64,000 nt of DNA from an uncultured SAR86 cluster bacterium (GCA_902514645.1 CABXRO010000001.1:23301-87300), one strand, 5' to 3'; shown: positions 9,897 through 19,893, counted from the stretch's first letter. Notes: generated from the letters alone by a model not told the origin. Numbers and translations are program-made.

Positions 9897-11198
9897 ATGA
9901 ATAATTTATTTTCGAAATTAAAAAGTATTCTTCTCGTAGGTGCTTACAAGACTCTGGTAGGTTTTGAAAAACTTATAAATAAGGGTGTGGTATTGGATTT
10001 TCTAGCTAAAGATTTTGTCAAAGATCCGTATGAAACTTACAACTCAATGAGAACGTATAAACCTATTTTATTTTCTCAGACAACCCGATTACATTGGGTA
10101 ACAAAAATGGAGTTTGCCCAAGAAATGTTGAGAGATAAAAGATTTAGCGTTGATGATCGAAAATACCCTATTGCTGATAGACGTAGAAAGGAGTTTAAAA
10201 AAGCTGGTCGTGAAGTAATGCTAGAACAGTTTGAAAATCCTAGTATGTTGAAACTTGATCCGCCCGATCATTCAAGAATTCGGAAACTGGTTCAATATGG
10301 TTTTACCAATAGATACATAACTTCCTTGGAGCCAGAAATCAAACAGGTTGTAGACGATTGTTTAGACAAAATACACAATCAAGAAAGTTTTGATTTAATT
10401 GAAAATTTAGCAAAACCATTGCCTGCAATAGTAATTGCAAAAATGATGGGTCTCCCAGATACCGACTTGGATCAATTTCAAGCTTGGTCAGAGGATTTGC
10501 TATTAGGAGTGGGTGGAATTGGTACTTCCAAAGAGGATATAAAAAAATCTGGAGATGCCTACGAATCACTTATTAATTACTTTGAAGAAATAATTTTAAA
10601 AAGAAAAAACTCTCCAGGAGATGATTTTATTGGCAAATTAATCCAAGCAGAAGAGGAAGGTGATAAATTAAACGTAAAGGAAATGTATGGCACTTGCTTG
10701 CTTCTCTTAATTGCAGGTCACGAAACCACAACTCGTTTGATTGGAAATGGCATGTACACACTATTCAACCATATAGATCAAATGATGCATCTAAAAAGTA
10801 ATTACGATTTAATCCCAAATGCTATTGAGGAAATGTTGAGATATGAGCCTCCAGTGCATGCCACTGTGAGATTTGCTGAAAATGATATGATTTATAATGA
10901 AAAGTCTTACAAAAGAGGAACAGCTTTTGCTGTTAGCATAGCAGGAGCAAATAGAGATCCTGAAGCAAACACAAATCCTAATGAATTCAACATTTTAAGA
11001 GATGATATCAAGCATATCTCGTTTGGTTATGGTCCACATATGTGTATCGGTGCAAGCTTAGCTAGAATTGAATCAAGAATTGCATTTGAAAGCATATTCG
11101 AAAGGTTTTCTAAATTAGAACTTCTAGATCAAAATCCTTCTTGGGGAAAGAATTTAATCTTCAGGGGTTTCGATCGTTTAAATTTAAAAGCTAGTTAA
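9897..11198 (+). CDS. Cytochrome P450 monooxygenase
   Basis: I-helix LLIAGHETTT, K-helix EMLRYEPP (ExxR) and heme-thiolate loop FGYGPHMCIGASLAR. Confidence 0.92.
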   Translation: MNNLFSKLKSILLVGAYKTLVGFEKLINKGVVLDFLAKDFVKDPYETYNSMRTYKPILFSQTTRLHWVTKMEFAQEMLRDKRFSVDDRKYPIADRRRKEFKKAGREVMLEQFENPSMLKLDPPDHSRIRKLVQYGFTNRYITSLEPEIKQVVDDCLDKIHNQESFDLIENLAKPLPAIVIAKMMGLPDTDLDQFQAWSEDLLLGVGGIGTSKEDIKKSGDAYESLINYFEEIILKRKNSPGDDFIGKLIQAEEEGDKLNVKEMYGTCLLLLIAGHETTTRLIGNGMYTLFNHIDQMMHLKSNYDLIPNAIEEMLRYEPPVHATVRFAENDMIYNEKSYKRGTAFAVSIAGANRDPEANTNPNEFNILRDDIKHISFGYGPHMCIGASLARIESRIAFESIFERFSKLELLDQNPSWGKNLIFRGFDRLNLKAS

Positions 11199-11228
11199 AA
11201 AAAAGGCGCCATCAGGCGCCTTTTTTTT
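11197..11228. terminator. Bidirectional rho-independent terminator
   Basis: A8-GGCGCC-atca-GGCGCC-T8 between the convergent P450 and TonB-dependent receptor genes. It is the only GC-rich hairpin with flanking A/T runs that I found. Confidence 0.85.
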
Positions 11229-11236
11229 GAAAATGA

Positions 11237-14137
11237 TTAGAACTGATGAACTACTTCTATTCCAGCTCTTAAACCTTCATAGTACTTAATTCTAGCTCCA
11301 CCACCCTGATCTCCAGGATATATAAGTGTAAATCCAATATCGTCATCGACATCAAGACAGTTTGTACAAAACCCTCTCAAGGAAGTGCCATTATTGAATT
11401 CAATAGTGGTTGAAAAATTAAGTCTTGCAAATTCATCTAAAAATGTAAGGTCATCTACCCTCTCATCAGCATTAGCGATGTTTGTTTTGTATGAGTAACT
11501 TGCATTAATCAACACGTCACCAAAGTTTGTAGGCTGAATATGCTCAACAGATAAGACCATTGCATTATCTGGAGTCCAAGGCATACCGCCACCGGTTCTG
11601 CTATAGGCTCCCGAAGAATCAGGATTCCCTGTCAAAGGATCCAACTTACATGAAGTAAAAGTGTTGCCATAAACTTGAGTCCAATCTCTAGAATCATCAC
11701 AATAAACATCGTATTGAGCATCAATGTAGGCGTAGTTAAAGTTGATGAACGTTTGATCAGCAACTCTAGCTCTTAAATTCAAATCAAGACCATTGATCGT
11801 TGATTCACCCGCATTTCTTGTAAGACCAAGAGGCAAACCTTGTACAACAGCTACTTTAATAACCTGCTTGTTTGTCCAATCGTAACTGTAACCTACGGCG
11901 CTTAAATTTAGAGAGTCATTCAAGAAAGAGCCTTTATAACCAATTTCATTCATTTCAAGCTCTTCAGGATCAAAACCTTGTTGAACTAGCTCTCTAAAGT
12001 AGGTAGCAAATTGCCAACCCCCACCTTTAAAACCAGTTGAATAGGTATACCAAACCATGCTGTTATCGGTAGGTTTAAAATCAATTGTCATTTTTGGATC
12101 TACGGAACTCCAAGATGCAGATCTTACTTCTTGGAATGTTTGTAATGCGGAGGCAATCGGCGCAATACCCACTCCTTGAAGGGCCGCTACTGCTGAAAAA
12201 TTGGCGATACAATCTGCAGATTTACCAGCAGTCGCATCTTCTCCTGCAGCCAAAAGAGGATTTGGATTTGTCGATGCTGATATGCAATTTGCATTTGGCA
12301 ATGATCCAGCCAAAGCTGGAACTTCTGCAACAGCTCCAGCAATCACTCTAACTTGTCCGACATACTGTTCATCACTGTATAAACTTGTTCCAACAACAGG
12401 TGAATGAGTAGCACAACCAGGTGCAGCATCTTGAACAGAGTCACTTTGAGTTGCTGGCGTACAAGTAGGTAGAATCAAAGAATGCGGAATACCCACAGAG
12501 TTTGAACTGGTTGTATAAACCATTCCTTTAGTATCGTAAGTGTATCTAGCACCAAGAGTTATGTTCCACTTCTCCGCCATAGGAATGGTAACTTGTCCAA
12601 AAGCAGCGGATGATTTGTTATTAATTCTCAATTCTAATTGTGCGGTACCATAAGTATCTGTTGTAGAACCTGTTGCAACGTTACAAGTTGCAGCTATTAC
12701 AGCAGATAAACCAGCTGTATCACAAAAAGTTGCTAAATTTACACCTTGAAATGCTGCGAGAGTGTTATTGCTATGAAGGGCATTATTTATGGTTCCAGCG
12801 GTTTGTGCTGTATGAAGATATGCGCTTGCAGCAATAGCAGCTTGATTAAAGACGCTGTCAGGTCCTGTTCTGAAAATATCTGTTCTTTCTCCATAATCTA
12901 AAAATGAATAAACTCCTGCTACCCATTGAATTTCATCTTCAGGTTTTGCATTCCATCTTAATTCAATTGAAGATTGATTGGTTTTTTGATCACTGCCTTG
13001 AACAAAAGATCTTGCTGCAGTTGAGTCAAAGTCTTTTAGCTCTTCTCCAGTGTTCTGGTTAGTTGAAACCAAAAGAGTTAGATCGTAATCGTCACGAAAA
13101 GATTTGTATTTAGCAGAAAACATTGTGTCTTCTCTTTCGCCGAACGTATCTTCACTTAAATTTGCAGAATATTTATCACTTCTAATTTGGTTTTTAGCCA
13201 GCGCATCGTATTGAGCCGCTGTTCCAGGAACGCCGCCATTGGCAGCCATATAAGCTCCTATGTATGGAGCTGACGCAGCAAAATCCGTAACGAAGATATC
13301 TAAACCAGAGTTGTGAGCAAAAATAGTTGGTTGAATTAAAGCTTTTTGGGAATCCGAACAAGTTGTTGAGTCTCTTTCACAAATAATGGCTTCAGAGACC
13401 ATTGCATCATCTTTTGAGATGCTGTTATCGGCGGTCAATGACCATTCATAATCATTTCCTTCGCCAAAAAGAGAAAATCTCATATTCTCATTTGAAGGAC
13501 CGGTTTCTCCAGAAAAAGTATTATCACTGTGTATTCCGTCATAATCTTGGTAGCTCAAAATCATCCGACCGAATAAGCCATCTGCTAGCTGGCCTGAAAG
13601 AAGATAACTAAATTTTTCCTGACCATTGTCCCCAGCACCAACTTTAATTTTTTGTTCGGTTTCACTTGTTGGCTTTCTATAGAAAACACTTATTGCTCCA
13701 CCAAGAGCATTTCTTCCATACAAAGTGCCTTGTGGACCCTTTAAAACTTCAATTCTTTCAAGATCAACAAGTCCAGATAAAATAGACTGATTTCTAGCCA
13801 TGTATATTTCGTCAACAAAAAAAGCATTTGATCCTTCCGAACCAATGTCGAATTTAGTTGAGCCGATACCTCTTAGCCAGATGTTAGCTCGACCCGCATC
13901 TTCACCAGACATCAACATATCAGGAATCATAGTTACTAAGTCATTAGTGTCCCTCACCCCTGCTCCTTCTAACATACTGCCAGAGAATGCTTGAAGCGCT
14001 GAAGGTACATCCAAAAGGTTTTGTTCTCTTTTTTGAGAAGTAACTATCATTTCCTCTAAAGCGATCTGTGCTAAAGAAAAAGTTGAGGTAAAAAATAGTG
14101 AAATAATCACTAATAATTTTGTAAAGGATTTGATCAT
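11237..14137 (-). CDS. TonB-dependent outer-membrane receptor (966 aa)
   Basis: Signal peptide, TonB-box/plug start (EEMIVTSQKREQNLLDVPSA), plug motifs (IEVLKGPQGTLYGRNALGGAI) and a beta-barrel ending in aromatic ...VVHQF. Confidence 0.92.
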   Translation of the reverse strand: MIKSFTKLLVIISLFFTSTFSLAQIALEEMIVTSQKREQNLLDVPSALQAFSGSMLEGAGVRDTNDLVTMIPDMLMSGEDAGRANIWLRGIGSTKFDIGSEGSNAFFVDEIYMARNQSILSGLVDLERIEVLKGPQGTLYGRNALGGAISVFYRKPTSETEQKIKVGAGDNGQEKFSYLLSGQLADGLFGRMILSYQDYDGIHSDNTFSGETGPSNENMRFSLFGEGNDYEWSLTADNSISKDDAMVSEAIICERDSTTCSDSQKALIQPTIFAHNSGLDIFVTDFAASAPYIGAYMAANGGVPGTAAQYDALAKNQIRSDKYSANLSEDTFGEREDTMFSAKYKSFRDDYDLTLLVSTNQNTGEELKDFDSTAARSFVQGSDQKTNQSSIELRWNAKPEDEIQWVAGVYSFLDYGERTDIFRTGPDSVFNQAAIAASAYLHTAQTAGTINNALHSNNTLAAFQGVNLATFCDTAGLSAVIAATCNVATGSTTDTYGTAQLELRINNKSSAAFGQVTIPMAEKWNITLGARYTYDTKGMVYTTSSNSVGIPHSLILPTCTPATQSDSVQDAAPGCATHSPVVGTSLYSDEQYVGQVRVIAGAVAEVPALAGSLPNANCISASTNPNPLLAAGEDATAGKSADCIANFSAVAALQGVGIAPIASALQTFQEVRSASWSSVDPKMTIDFKPTDNSMVWYTYSTGFKGGGWQFATYFRELVQQGFDPEELEMNEIGYKGSFLNDSLNLSAVGYSYDWTNKQVIKVAVVQGLPLGLTRNAGESTINGLDLNLRARVADQTFINFNYAYIDAQYDVYCDDSRDWTQVYGNTFTSCKLDPLTGNPDSSGAYSRTGGGMPWTPDNAMVLSVEHIQPTNFGDVLINASYSYKTNIANADERVDDLTFLDEFARLNFSTTIEFNNGTSLRGFCTNCLDVDDDIGFTLIYPGDQGGGARIKYYEGLRAGIEVVHQF

Positions 14138-14353
14138 TATTGCCCCCTAATTAATGAAATTTTCGACAGAGTGTCATTTAATGTTGAGGATTCTATCAAA
14201 GTAATGGATGATTTGTGCACTAAAATAGTGCTTGGTATCATACGAAAAAGTTCCTGTCAAAATGGTAGTGAAAGTGATTCTGACGATCACAAATAAGGAC
14301 TTCCGCCAAGAAACTAGATATGATTATATTAATTTTTTAAATTGGAGAATGAA

Positions 14354-15400
14354 ATGAAAGCATATCAGGTAGTAGAGAATGGAAAGCCACTAGAAAAAAA
14401 AGAAGTTGATACGCCGATACCAACAGGAAAAGAAATTTTACTTAAAACCGTTTCATGTGGAGTTTGTCATTCAGATGTTCACATTCATGATGGTTATTTT
14501 GATCTAGGCGCTGATATGAAACTTCCAATGCCTCTTGCTGAGCCTTTAACAATGGGCCATGAAATTTTTGGTGAGGTTGTTGCAATAGGAGATGAAGTTT
14601 CGTCAGTAAATATTGGAGAAAGATATGTTGCTTATCCCTGGATTGGATGTGGAAACTGTGATCTTTGTAACTCAGATAAAACACATTATTGTTTAAATAA
14701 TTCTAATCTTGGAATAAATGTAAGTGGCGGTTACGGAGATCACGTTTTGGTACCAGCAGAAAAATACCTCTTCGATGCAGGTGATACCCCGCATAGTTTA
14801 GCTGGGAGCTATGCTTGTAGGGGATTAACTGCGTTTAGTGCCTTAAAAAAGGCCGCCCCTTTTGATCAAAATGGCTCTTTAGTCATCGTAAGTGCTGGAG
14901 GATTGGGTCTCTTGGCATTGAAAATAGCTAGAGCTGCTTATGATATAAATCCAATAGTCATCGATATTGATGATGAAAAGCTTAAAGTAGCTAAAAATTT
15001 AGGTGCGGTAGAAATTATAAATTCATCAAATGAAGGTGCAGCTGAAAAACTTATGGAAATAACAAACGGAGGTGCGAACGCTATCGTAGATTTTGTTGGT
15101 GCTGAAGCTTCCGTCAATCTTGGTTACCAATCTCTTGCAAAAGGAGGAACTTTAGTTGTTGTAGGTTTATTTGGTGGTCAAATCACTATTCCCCTTCCAC
15201 TTCTTACTTTGACTGAAAAAAAGATTTTAGGATCATATGTTGGAAGCTTAGGAGAGATGAGAGAACTAATGAAATTGGTTTCAAATGGAAAAATAGAACC
15301 TGTTGAAGTTGAATCAAGAAATGTTTCCGAAGCTAATAGAACACTCAAAGAGATGAAAAATGGTGATCTTCAAGGGCTCGTATCTTTAACTCATGACTAA
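14354..15400 (+). CDS. Zinc-dependent alcohol dehydrogenase (MDR family)
   Basis: Catalytic zinc motif GVCHSDVH, structural-zinc Cys cluster CGNCDLCNSDKTHYC and Rossmann SAGGLGLLA. ATG at 14354 is preceded by GGAG; the track's TTG at 14342 is less likely. Confidence 0.9.
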   Translation: MKAYQVVENGKPLEKKEVDTPIPTGKEILLKTVSCGVCHSDVHIHDGYFDLGADMKLPMPLAEPLTMGHEIFGEVVAIGDEVSSVNIGERYVAYPWIGCGNCDLCNSDKTHYCLNNSNLGINVSGGYGDHVLVPAEKYLFDAGDTPHSLAGSYACRGLTAFSALKKAAPFDQNGSLVIVSAGGLGLLALKIARAAYDINPIVIDIDDEKLKVAKNLGAVEIINSSNEGAAEKLMEITNGGANAIVDFVGAEASVNLGYQSLAKGGTLVVVGLFGGQITIPLPLLTLTEKKILGSYVGSLGEMRELMKLVSNGKIEPVEVESRNVSEANRTLKEMKNGDLQGLVSLTHD

Positions 15401-16163
15401 AGTTAAAGAAAAGGTTTGCCTAGTCATTGGAGCTGGAGCTGGAATTGGAGGTACGGTAGCAAAAAGATTTGCTAAAGAAGGATATCATTCATATTTAGCT
15501 CGAAGAACAGATGAGAAAGGCCTCAACAGGCTAATAACAGAGATTTTGAATGCTGGCGGAAATGCTTCAGGCTCTTTGCTCAATGTGATTGAAGAAAATT
15601 CAATTGAAGATTTAGTCAATGAGATCGAATCAGATATTGGCCCTATTGATACAGTTATTTACAATATTGGTGCTCAAATTGGTGATCGTGCTTTAGCAGA
15701 AACTAGTTACAAGGCTTTTGAAATGGGATGGCGTATGGCAACCTATGGATTATTTAGATTGGCTCAAACCGTTACGCCAAAAATGAAAGAAAGACAGGGA
15801 GGAAATATTATTGTTACATCTGCAACCTCTGCAGTTAGAGGAAATAAAGGCCAACATTCTCATGCAGCAGCAATGGGCGGTAGAAGAATGTTATGTCAGT
15901 CTTTAAATGCCGAATTTTCTAAAGATGGAATCCATGTTGCCCATGTAATTATTGACGGGGCAGTAGATGCCCCAGATACTTTAGGAAAAATGTTAGGTCC
16001 TGACTTGTTTGAGAAATTTAAAGAACAAAAAGGTGATGACGGAATGATCTTGCCTGAAAATGTTGCTGACACCTATCTCTTTTTAGCGCAACAGCCTAAA
16101 TCAACTTGGACCCATGAAATTGATATAAGAGCTTTTTCTGACCAAGCTTGGTGGAATCATTAA
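15393..16163 (+). CDS. Short-chain dehydrogenase/reductase
   Basis: Cofactor motif VIGAGAGIGG, YNIGA (NNAG-like) and SDR length. Overlaps the ADH gene by 8 nt. Confidence 0.87.
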   Translation: MTKVKEKVCLVIGAGAGIGGTVAKRFAKEGYHSYLARRTDEKGLNRLITEILNAGGNASGSLLNVIEENSIEDLVNEIESDIGPIDTVIYNIGAQIGDRALAETSYKAFEMGWRMATYGLFRLAQTVTPKMKERQGGNIIVTSATSAVRGNKGQHSHAAAMGGRRMLCQSLNAEFSKDGIHVAHVIIDGAVDAPDTLGKMLGPDLFEKFKEQKGDDGMILPENVADTYLFLAQQPKSTWTHEIDIRAFSDQAWWNH

Positions 16164-16182
16164 CTTATTAAAGGAAAACATC

Positions 16183-16647
16183 ATGAAATATCTTTCTTTA
16201 TTTTTATTACTTTTATCAACTTCTTTAATTGGAATGCATCATGAAAAACTAGATGTAATAGTTTTTGCTATTGATTTAGAAATCGTTGAAGGCCAAGAGA
16301 AGAATGCAAGAGATTTTGTTTCTAGAATTACAAAAAATGTTAGTGAGAAGGAACCGGAAACTTTAGTTTATCAATATCATTTTTCTAAAAAAGAAAATAA
16401 AGTTTTCCTTCTAGAAATTTACCCAAACAACAAAGCAGCTCTTATCCATATGGACTACTTTCTAGGAAGTAAATGGGAAGCTGAGTTTGTAAAAAACTTT
16501 TCAATTTCAAATTTTCAAGTTTTGGGAAATGCAAATTCAAAACTAAAGAAATCTCTAGCGCCTTTCACTAAAGATTTCCGAAGTAGCCTAATTGGCTTTG
16601 ATAGAGTTGCAGAGCAGCTTGGCGAAGAAATTTCTGAGATTAAGTAA
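16183..16647 (+). CDS. Hypothetical exported protein with ABM (Dabb)-like core
   Basis: AAGGAA Shine-Dalgarno 6 nt upstream. Hydrophobic N-terminus MKYLSLFLLLLSTSLIG. The segment ETLVYQYHFSKKENKVFLLEIYPNNKAALIHMD resembles antibiotic-biosynthesis-monooxygenase folds. Function unknown. Confidence 0.45.
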   Translation: MKYLSLFLLLLSTSLIGMHHEKLDVIVFAIDLEIVEGQEKNARDFVSRITKNVSEKEPETLVYQYHFSKKENKVFLLEIYPNNKAALIHMDYFLGSKWEAEFVKNFSISNFQVLGNANSKLKKSLAPFTKDFRSSLIGFDRVAEQLGEEISEIK

Positions 16648-16649
16648 GT

Positions 16650-17789
16650 TTAACTTACAAAATTATTCAATCTCTCATAAGCGTTAACAAAGTCTTCTTT
16701 AAACTCTTGAACAACATCGCTTGCAGAGATGCTTTGATTCATTAGACCAACTCCTTGCCCCACCCAATATGTTGCTAAATCTTGTGCTCCCTCATGGCCT
16801 CCAGCAGCCAACTTATTAACTTTCTGAAGAGCGGGTTCTGCTACCATTGGTTGCAATGGCATTGGTAATGGTTCAGGAGCAGTTTCTGCTTCCCAGGCTT
16901 GAGTCCAAGGAGTAACTAGTTGTCTTGAATGTTTTCCTGTTCTACTTCTTGATCTAACTGTCTGGCTTGAATTAGCAGCAACCATTTTTTCCTTAACAAT
17001 TGGATCAACCTCTGACTCTATTGTTGTAAGCCAAACCGAACCACACCAAGCCCCAGATGCGCCCATTGCCATTGCTGCAGCCATTTGTTTTCCGGTGACA
17101 ATTCCACCCGCAGCTAAAATCGGAACATCTCCGTAAGGTTGAATAGCCTGATGAACTTCAGGAATGAGGACCATGGTTGAGACACTACCACAGTGTCCTC
17201 CTGCCTCAGTTCCAGAAACAACCAAAATATCTACTCCTGCCTTAACTTGATTTATAGCGTGCTGAGCGGTACCTAATAGTGCGGCAACTTTACAATCATT
17301 GTCTTTACCCATCTGAATCATCCAATCTGGCGGAACCCCAAGAGCATTTGCAATAATTTTTATCGGATGTTTGAAAGCAACATCTAAAAGAGCCTTAGCA
17401 CCATCAGATTGTGTATTTGCCGCAAAACTCGAACCAGCTGTATCAATTTTTCTTAGCTCTGGAGCATCTATGCCGTGGTTTGCCAAAACATCAGTTCTGA
17501 AGTCTGCATATTCTTGGGGGATCATTTTTGCTAGCTTGTCAGCATCAAATTTTTCGTCTTTACCGACCATTTTATTTGGAATCAACACATCAACTCCATA
17601 AGGCTTTCCGTCAATATGATCGTCAATCCACTTCAATTCTTTTTCCAGCTGTTCAGGAGACATGCCGACTGCTCCAAGAACTCCGCATCCTCCTGCTTTA
17701 GATACTGCGACAACAACATCTCTGCAATGAGTAAATGCAACTAAAGGAAATTCTATATCTAGCAACTCACAAATTTTTGAATTCATCAT
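16650..17789 (-). CDS. Nitronate monooxygenase / NAD(P)H-dependent flavin oxidoreductase (NMO family)
   Basis: 379 aa. FMN-binding TIM-barrel motifs (GTEAGGHCG, AAGGIVTG) typical of the 2-nitropropane dioxygenase family. Confidence 0.85.
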   Translation of the reverse strand: MMNSKICELLDIEFPLVAFTHCRDVVVAVSKAGGCGVLGAVGMSPEQLEKELKWIDDHIDGKPYGVDVLIPNKMVGKDEKFDADKLAKMIPQEYADFRTDVLANHGIDAPELRKIDTAGSSFAANTQSDGAKALLDVAFKHPIKIIANALGVPPDWMIQMGKDNDCKVAALLGTAQHAINQVKAGVDILVVSGTEAGGHCGSVSTMVLIPEVHQAIQPYGDVPILAAGGIVTGKQMAAAMAMGASGAWCGSVWLTTIESEVDPIVKEKMVAANSSQTVRSRSRTGKHSRQLVTPWTQAWEAETAPEPLPMPLQPMVAEPALQKVNKLAAGGHEGAQDLATYWVGQGVGLMNQSISASDVVQEFKEDFVNAYERLNNFVS

Positions 17790-17868
17790 TTTTATACCTC
17801 TTATTTTTCAACCATTAATATCATCTAAATATTAATCCAAATCAAGATATTTGTATTAAAATTTAAAG

Positions 17869-18738
17869 ATGTCAAACAATGTCACTATCCCTGTTTCTAT
17901 TATTGCTATTTTTCTTTCTTTGCTCATTGCCATTGCGGGTAATCAAGAAAGTATTGCAATAGCGAATATTCCTCTTTTTGGATTTGTTGTTTTTTTAATT
18001 TTTGTTATTCAATGGTTAGTTTTTATTCCGTCATTCGTGAATAGGACAGAGCATTTTTTTGATTTAACCGGATCGCTTACTTTTATGTCAGCTTCTCTTT
18101 TTACTCTTATGGCAATCCCTGAAATATATTTAAGAGACATAGTAATCACTTTGTTAGTCGTAGTATGGGCTACCAGACTTGGATCTTTTTTATTCTTTCG
18201 AGTTAGAAAAGATGGAGGAGATGGAAGATTTGACATTATGAAAACTAAATTTTGGTGGTTTTTAATGACTTGGAATATTCAAGGAATGTGGGTATTTTTG
18301 TCGCTAGCAGCTGGACTTGCAGCAATGACCTCGCAAAATAAAATTGAGGCGGATATCTTCTTGGTCTTTGGTACCTTGATTTGGATTTTGGGTTTCTCTA
18401 TAGAAGTTATTGCGGATTATCAAAAATCTAAATTTAGATCTAATCAAGAAAATAAAGACAAATTTATTACAACTGGAATTTGGTCATGGTCAAGACATCC
18501 AAATTATTTTGGCGAAATTCTCTTATGGATTGGGATTACAGTAATAGCTTTACCTGTTCTTCAGGGCTGGCAATTTATAACGCTCATTTCTCCTATATTT
18601 ATTATCATTCTTTTGACTCAAATAAGCGGAGTGAGATTACTAGAGCTTAGAGGAAAGAAGAAATGGGGAGATAATGAGGAATACAAAAACTACATAAAAA
18701 ATACTTCGGTTTTAATTCCTTTGCCGCCTAAAAATTAA
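17869..18738 (+). CDS. DUF1295 membrane protein (steroid 5-alpha-reductase / ICMT-like fold)
   Basis: Polytopic. C-terminal GIWSWSRHPNYFGEILLWIG motif characteristic of DUF1295. Confidence 0.8.
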   Translation: MSNNVTIPVSIIAIFLSLLIAIAGNQESIAIANIPLFGFVVFLIFVIQWLVFIPSFVNRTEHFFDLTGSLTFMSASLFTLMAIPEIYLRDIVITLLVVVWATRLGSFLFFRVRKDGGDGRFDIMKTKFWWFLMTWNIQGMWVFLSLAAGLAAMTSQNKIEADIFLVFGTLIWILGFSIEVIADYQKSKFRSNQENKDKFITTGIWSWSRHPNYFGEILLWIGITVIALPVLQGWQFITLISPIFIIILLTQISGVRLLELRGKKKWGDNEEYKNYIKNTSVLIPLPPKN

Positions 18739-18750
18739 GAATCAATTCTA

Positions 18751-19179
18751 TTAAATTTGATAAGTCAATCCTGCAGCTTCTACTCCTGCCATTGCACAAA
18801 TCTCATCGCGATCGGGTAAATCTCCTGAAACGCCTACAGAACCGATTACATCATCTCCTTTCTTAATCATTATCCCTCCAGGAGATGGAGCTATTTTGTT
18901 TCCAGATATAGCTCTGGCAGCATTGAAAAAATGAGTTTGTTCAGGTTGAGCGCCATAAAGATCTCTCATCGTTCTACTAGAAAAACCAATTCCAACACAG
19001 CCCCATGCTTTGGCAAAGGCTATATCAGGTCTAATAAGAGCTGAATTATCTTCCATTGCTGAACTTACTAATACTCCTCGAGTATCAAGAACTGCAATTG
19101 TTATAGGCTTCATATTGTCTTCTCTAGCTTTTTTTAAACAGCCTTCAACTATTTTTTGTGCATCTTTAAGGGTAATCAT
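18751..19179 (-). CDS. GlcG/HbpS-like (DUF336) heme-binding protein
   Basis: 142 aa. GGIMIKKGDDVIGSVGVSGDLPDRDEICA matches the GlcG family core. Confidence 0.8.
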   Translation of the reverse strand: MITLKDAQKIVEGCLKKAREDNMKPITIAVLDTRGVLVSSAMEDNSALIRPDIAFAKAWGCVGIGFSSRTMRDLYGAQPEQTHFFNAARAISGNKIAPSPGGIMIKKGDDVIGSVGVSGDLPDRDEICAMAGVEAAGLTYQI

Positions 19180-19205
19180 ATTAATCTCCTAAATTATAAA
19201 TTAAA

Positions 19206-19823
19206 TTATTTTTCTTCAAACTTATAAGACTTAGATCTTTTAAAGGCCTTTCTCTCAAAAAGCATGTCCGTGTATCTCTTAATATTAGGTTTGAATGCTT
19301 GATCTATTCCAAGTGATTCAGCAACAACAAAAGCATAACTCACGCAGATATCTGCAATCGTAAAGCGATTTGAACATAAGTATTCTCTGTCGTTTAAAGT
19401 TGTCTCTAATAATTTACATCTTGATACAAACCATCTGCTATAACCTTCTACAGCAGCATCGGCAACGCCTGGCTCTTGAAGTTTGTATCTAAGAACAACT
19501 GTCTGAGGAAAAGTTAAAGTTGCATCAGAGTGGAAAAGCCAATTTAAGTATGCTGGATAGTCAGGCTCATCTGGCATAACTCTTAAGTCGGTCGGACCAT
19601 ATTTCTCAACTAAATATTGAGACATCGCAACAGATTCGGTCATTTTCACATCGCCGTCTATCAAATAAGGAATTGTTCCTAGCATATTGATATTCAAATA
19701 CTCTTTCATGAACATCCTGGGTGGAAAAGGCATCATTTCGAGCTCGTAATCTATGCCCATTTCTTCAGCAGTCCAAATTGGCCTCATTGCCCTTGAGGCT
19801 TCGGTTCCCCAAATCTTAATCAT
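19206..19823 (-). CDS. Glutathione S-transferase
   Basis: Thioredoxin-like N-domain (GTIPYLIDGDVKMTESVAMSQYL) plus a helical C-domain. ATG at 19823 follows GGGAG; the track's TTG at 19838 is less likely. Confidence 0.8.
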   Translation of the reverse strand: MIKIWGTEASRAMRPIWTAEEMGIDYELEMMPFPPRMFMKEYLNINMLGTIPYLIDGDVKMTESVAMSQYLVEKYGPTDLRVMPDEPDYPAYLNWLFHSDATLTFPQTVVLRYKLQEPGVADAAVEGYSRWFVSRCKLLETTLNDREYLCSNRFTIADICVSYAFVVAESLGIDQAFKPNIKRYTDMLFERKAFKRSKSYKFEEK

Positions 19824-19893
19824 TTTCTTTTCTCCCAATATGATTTAGCCTTATATACTAAATTTTTAAACAACATTTATTATAGGAGAAAAC

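Noticed and set aside
12085-12407. Two overlapping plus-strand ORFs (88 and 68 aa) inside the TonB-dependent receptor gene, plus 13402-13611 and 13800-13994.
   Set aside because: They are antisense shadow ORFs within a long gene that has clear family motifs. They have no independent signals.
14274-14290. GTGAT-N7-ATCAC read as a possible CRP site.
   Set aside because: The spacing is wrong for CRP (TGTGA-N6-TCACA). I kept it only as an unassigned palindrome.
14204-14296. A 30-codon ATG ORF (MDDLCTKIVLGIIRKSSCQNGSESDSDDHK) in the receptor/ADH intergenic region.
   Set aside because: It has no Shine-Dalgarno and no recognisable features. An ORF of this length is expected by chance.
16644-16658. 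Hairpin GTAAG-tttaa-CTTAC spanning both stop codons of the convergent ABM-like and NMO genes.
   Set aside because: The stem is 5 bp, AT-rich and has no flanking T-run. It is too weak to call a terminator.
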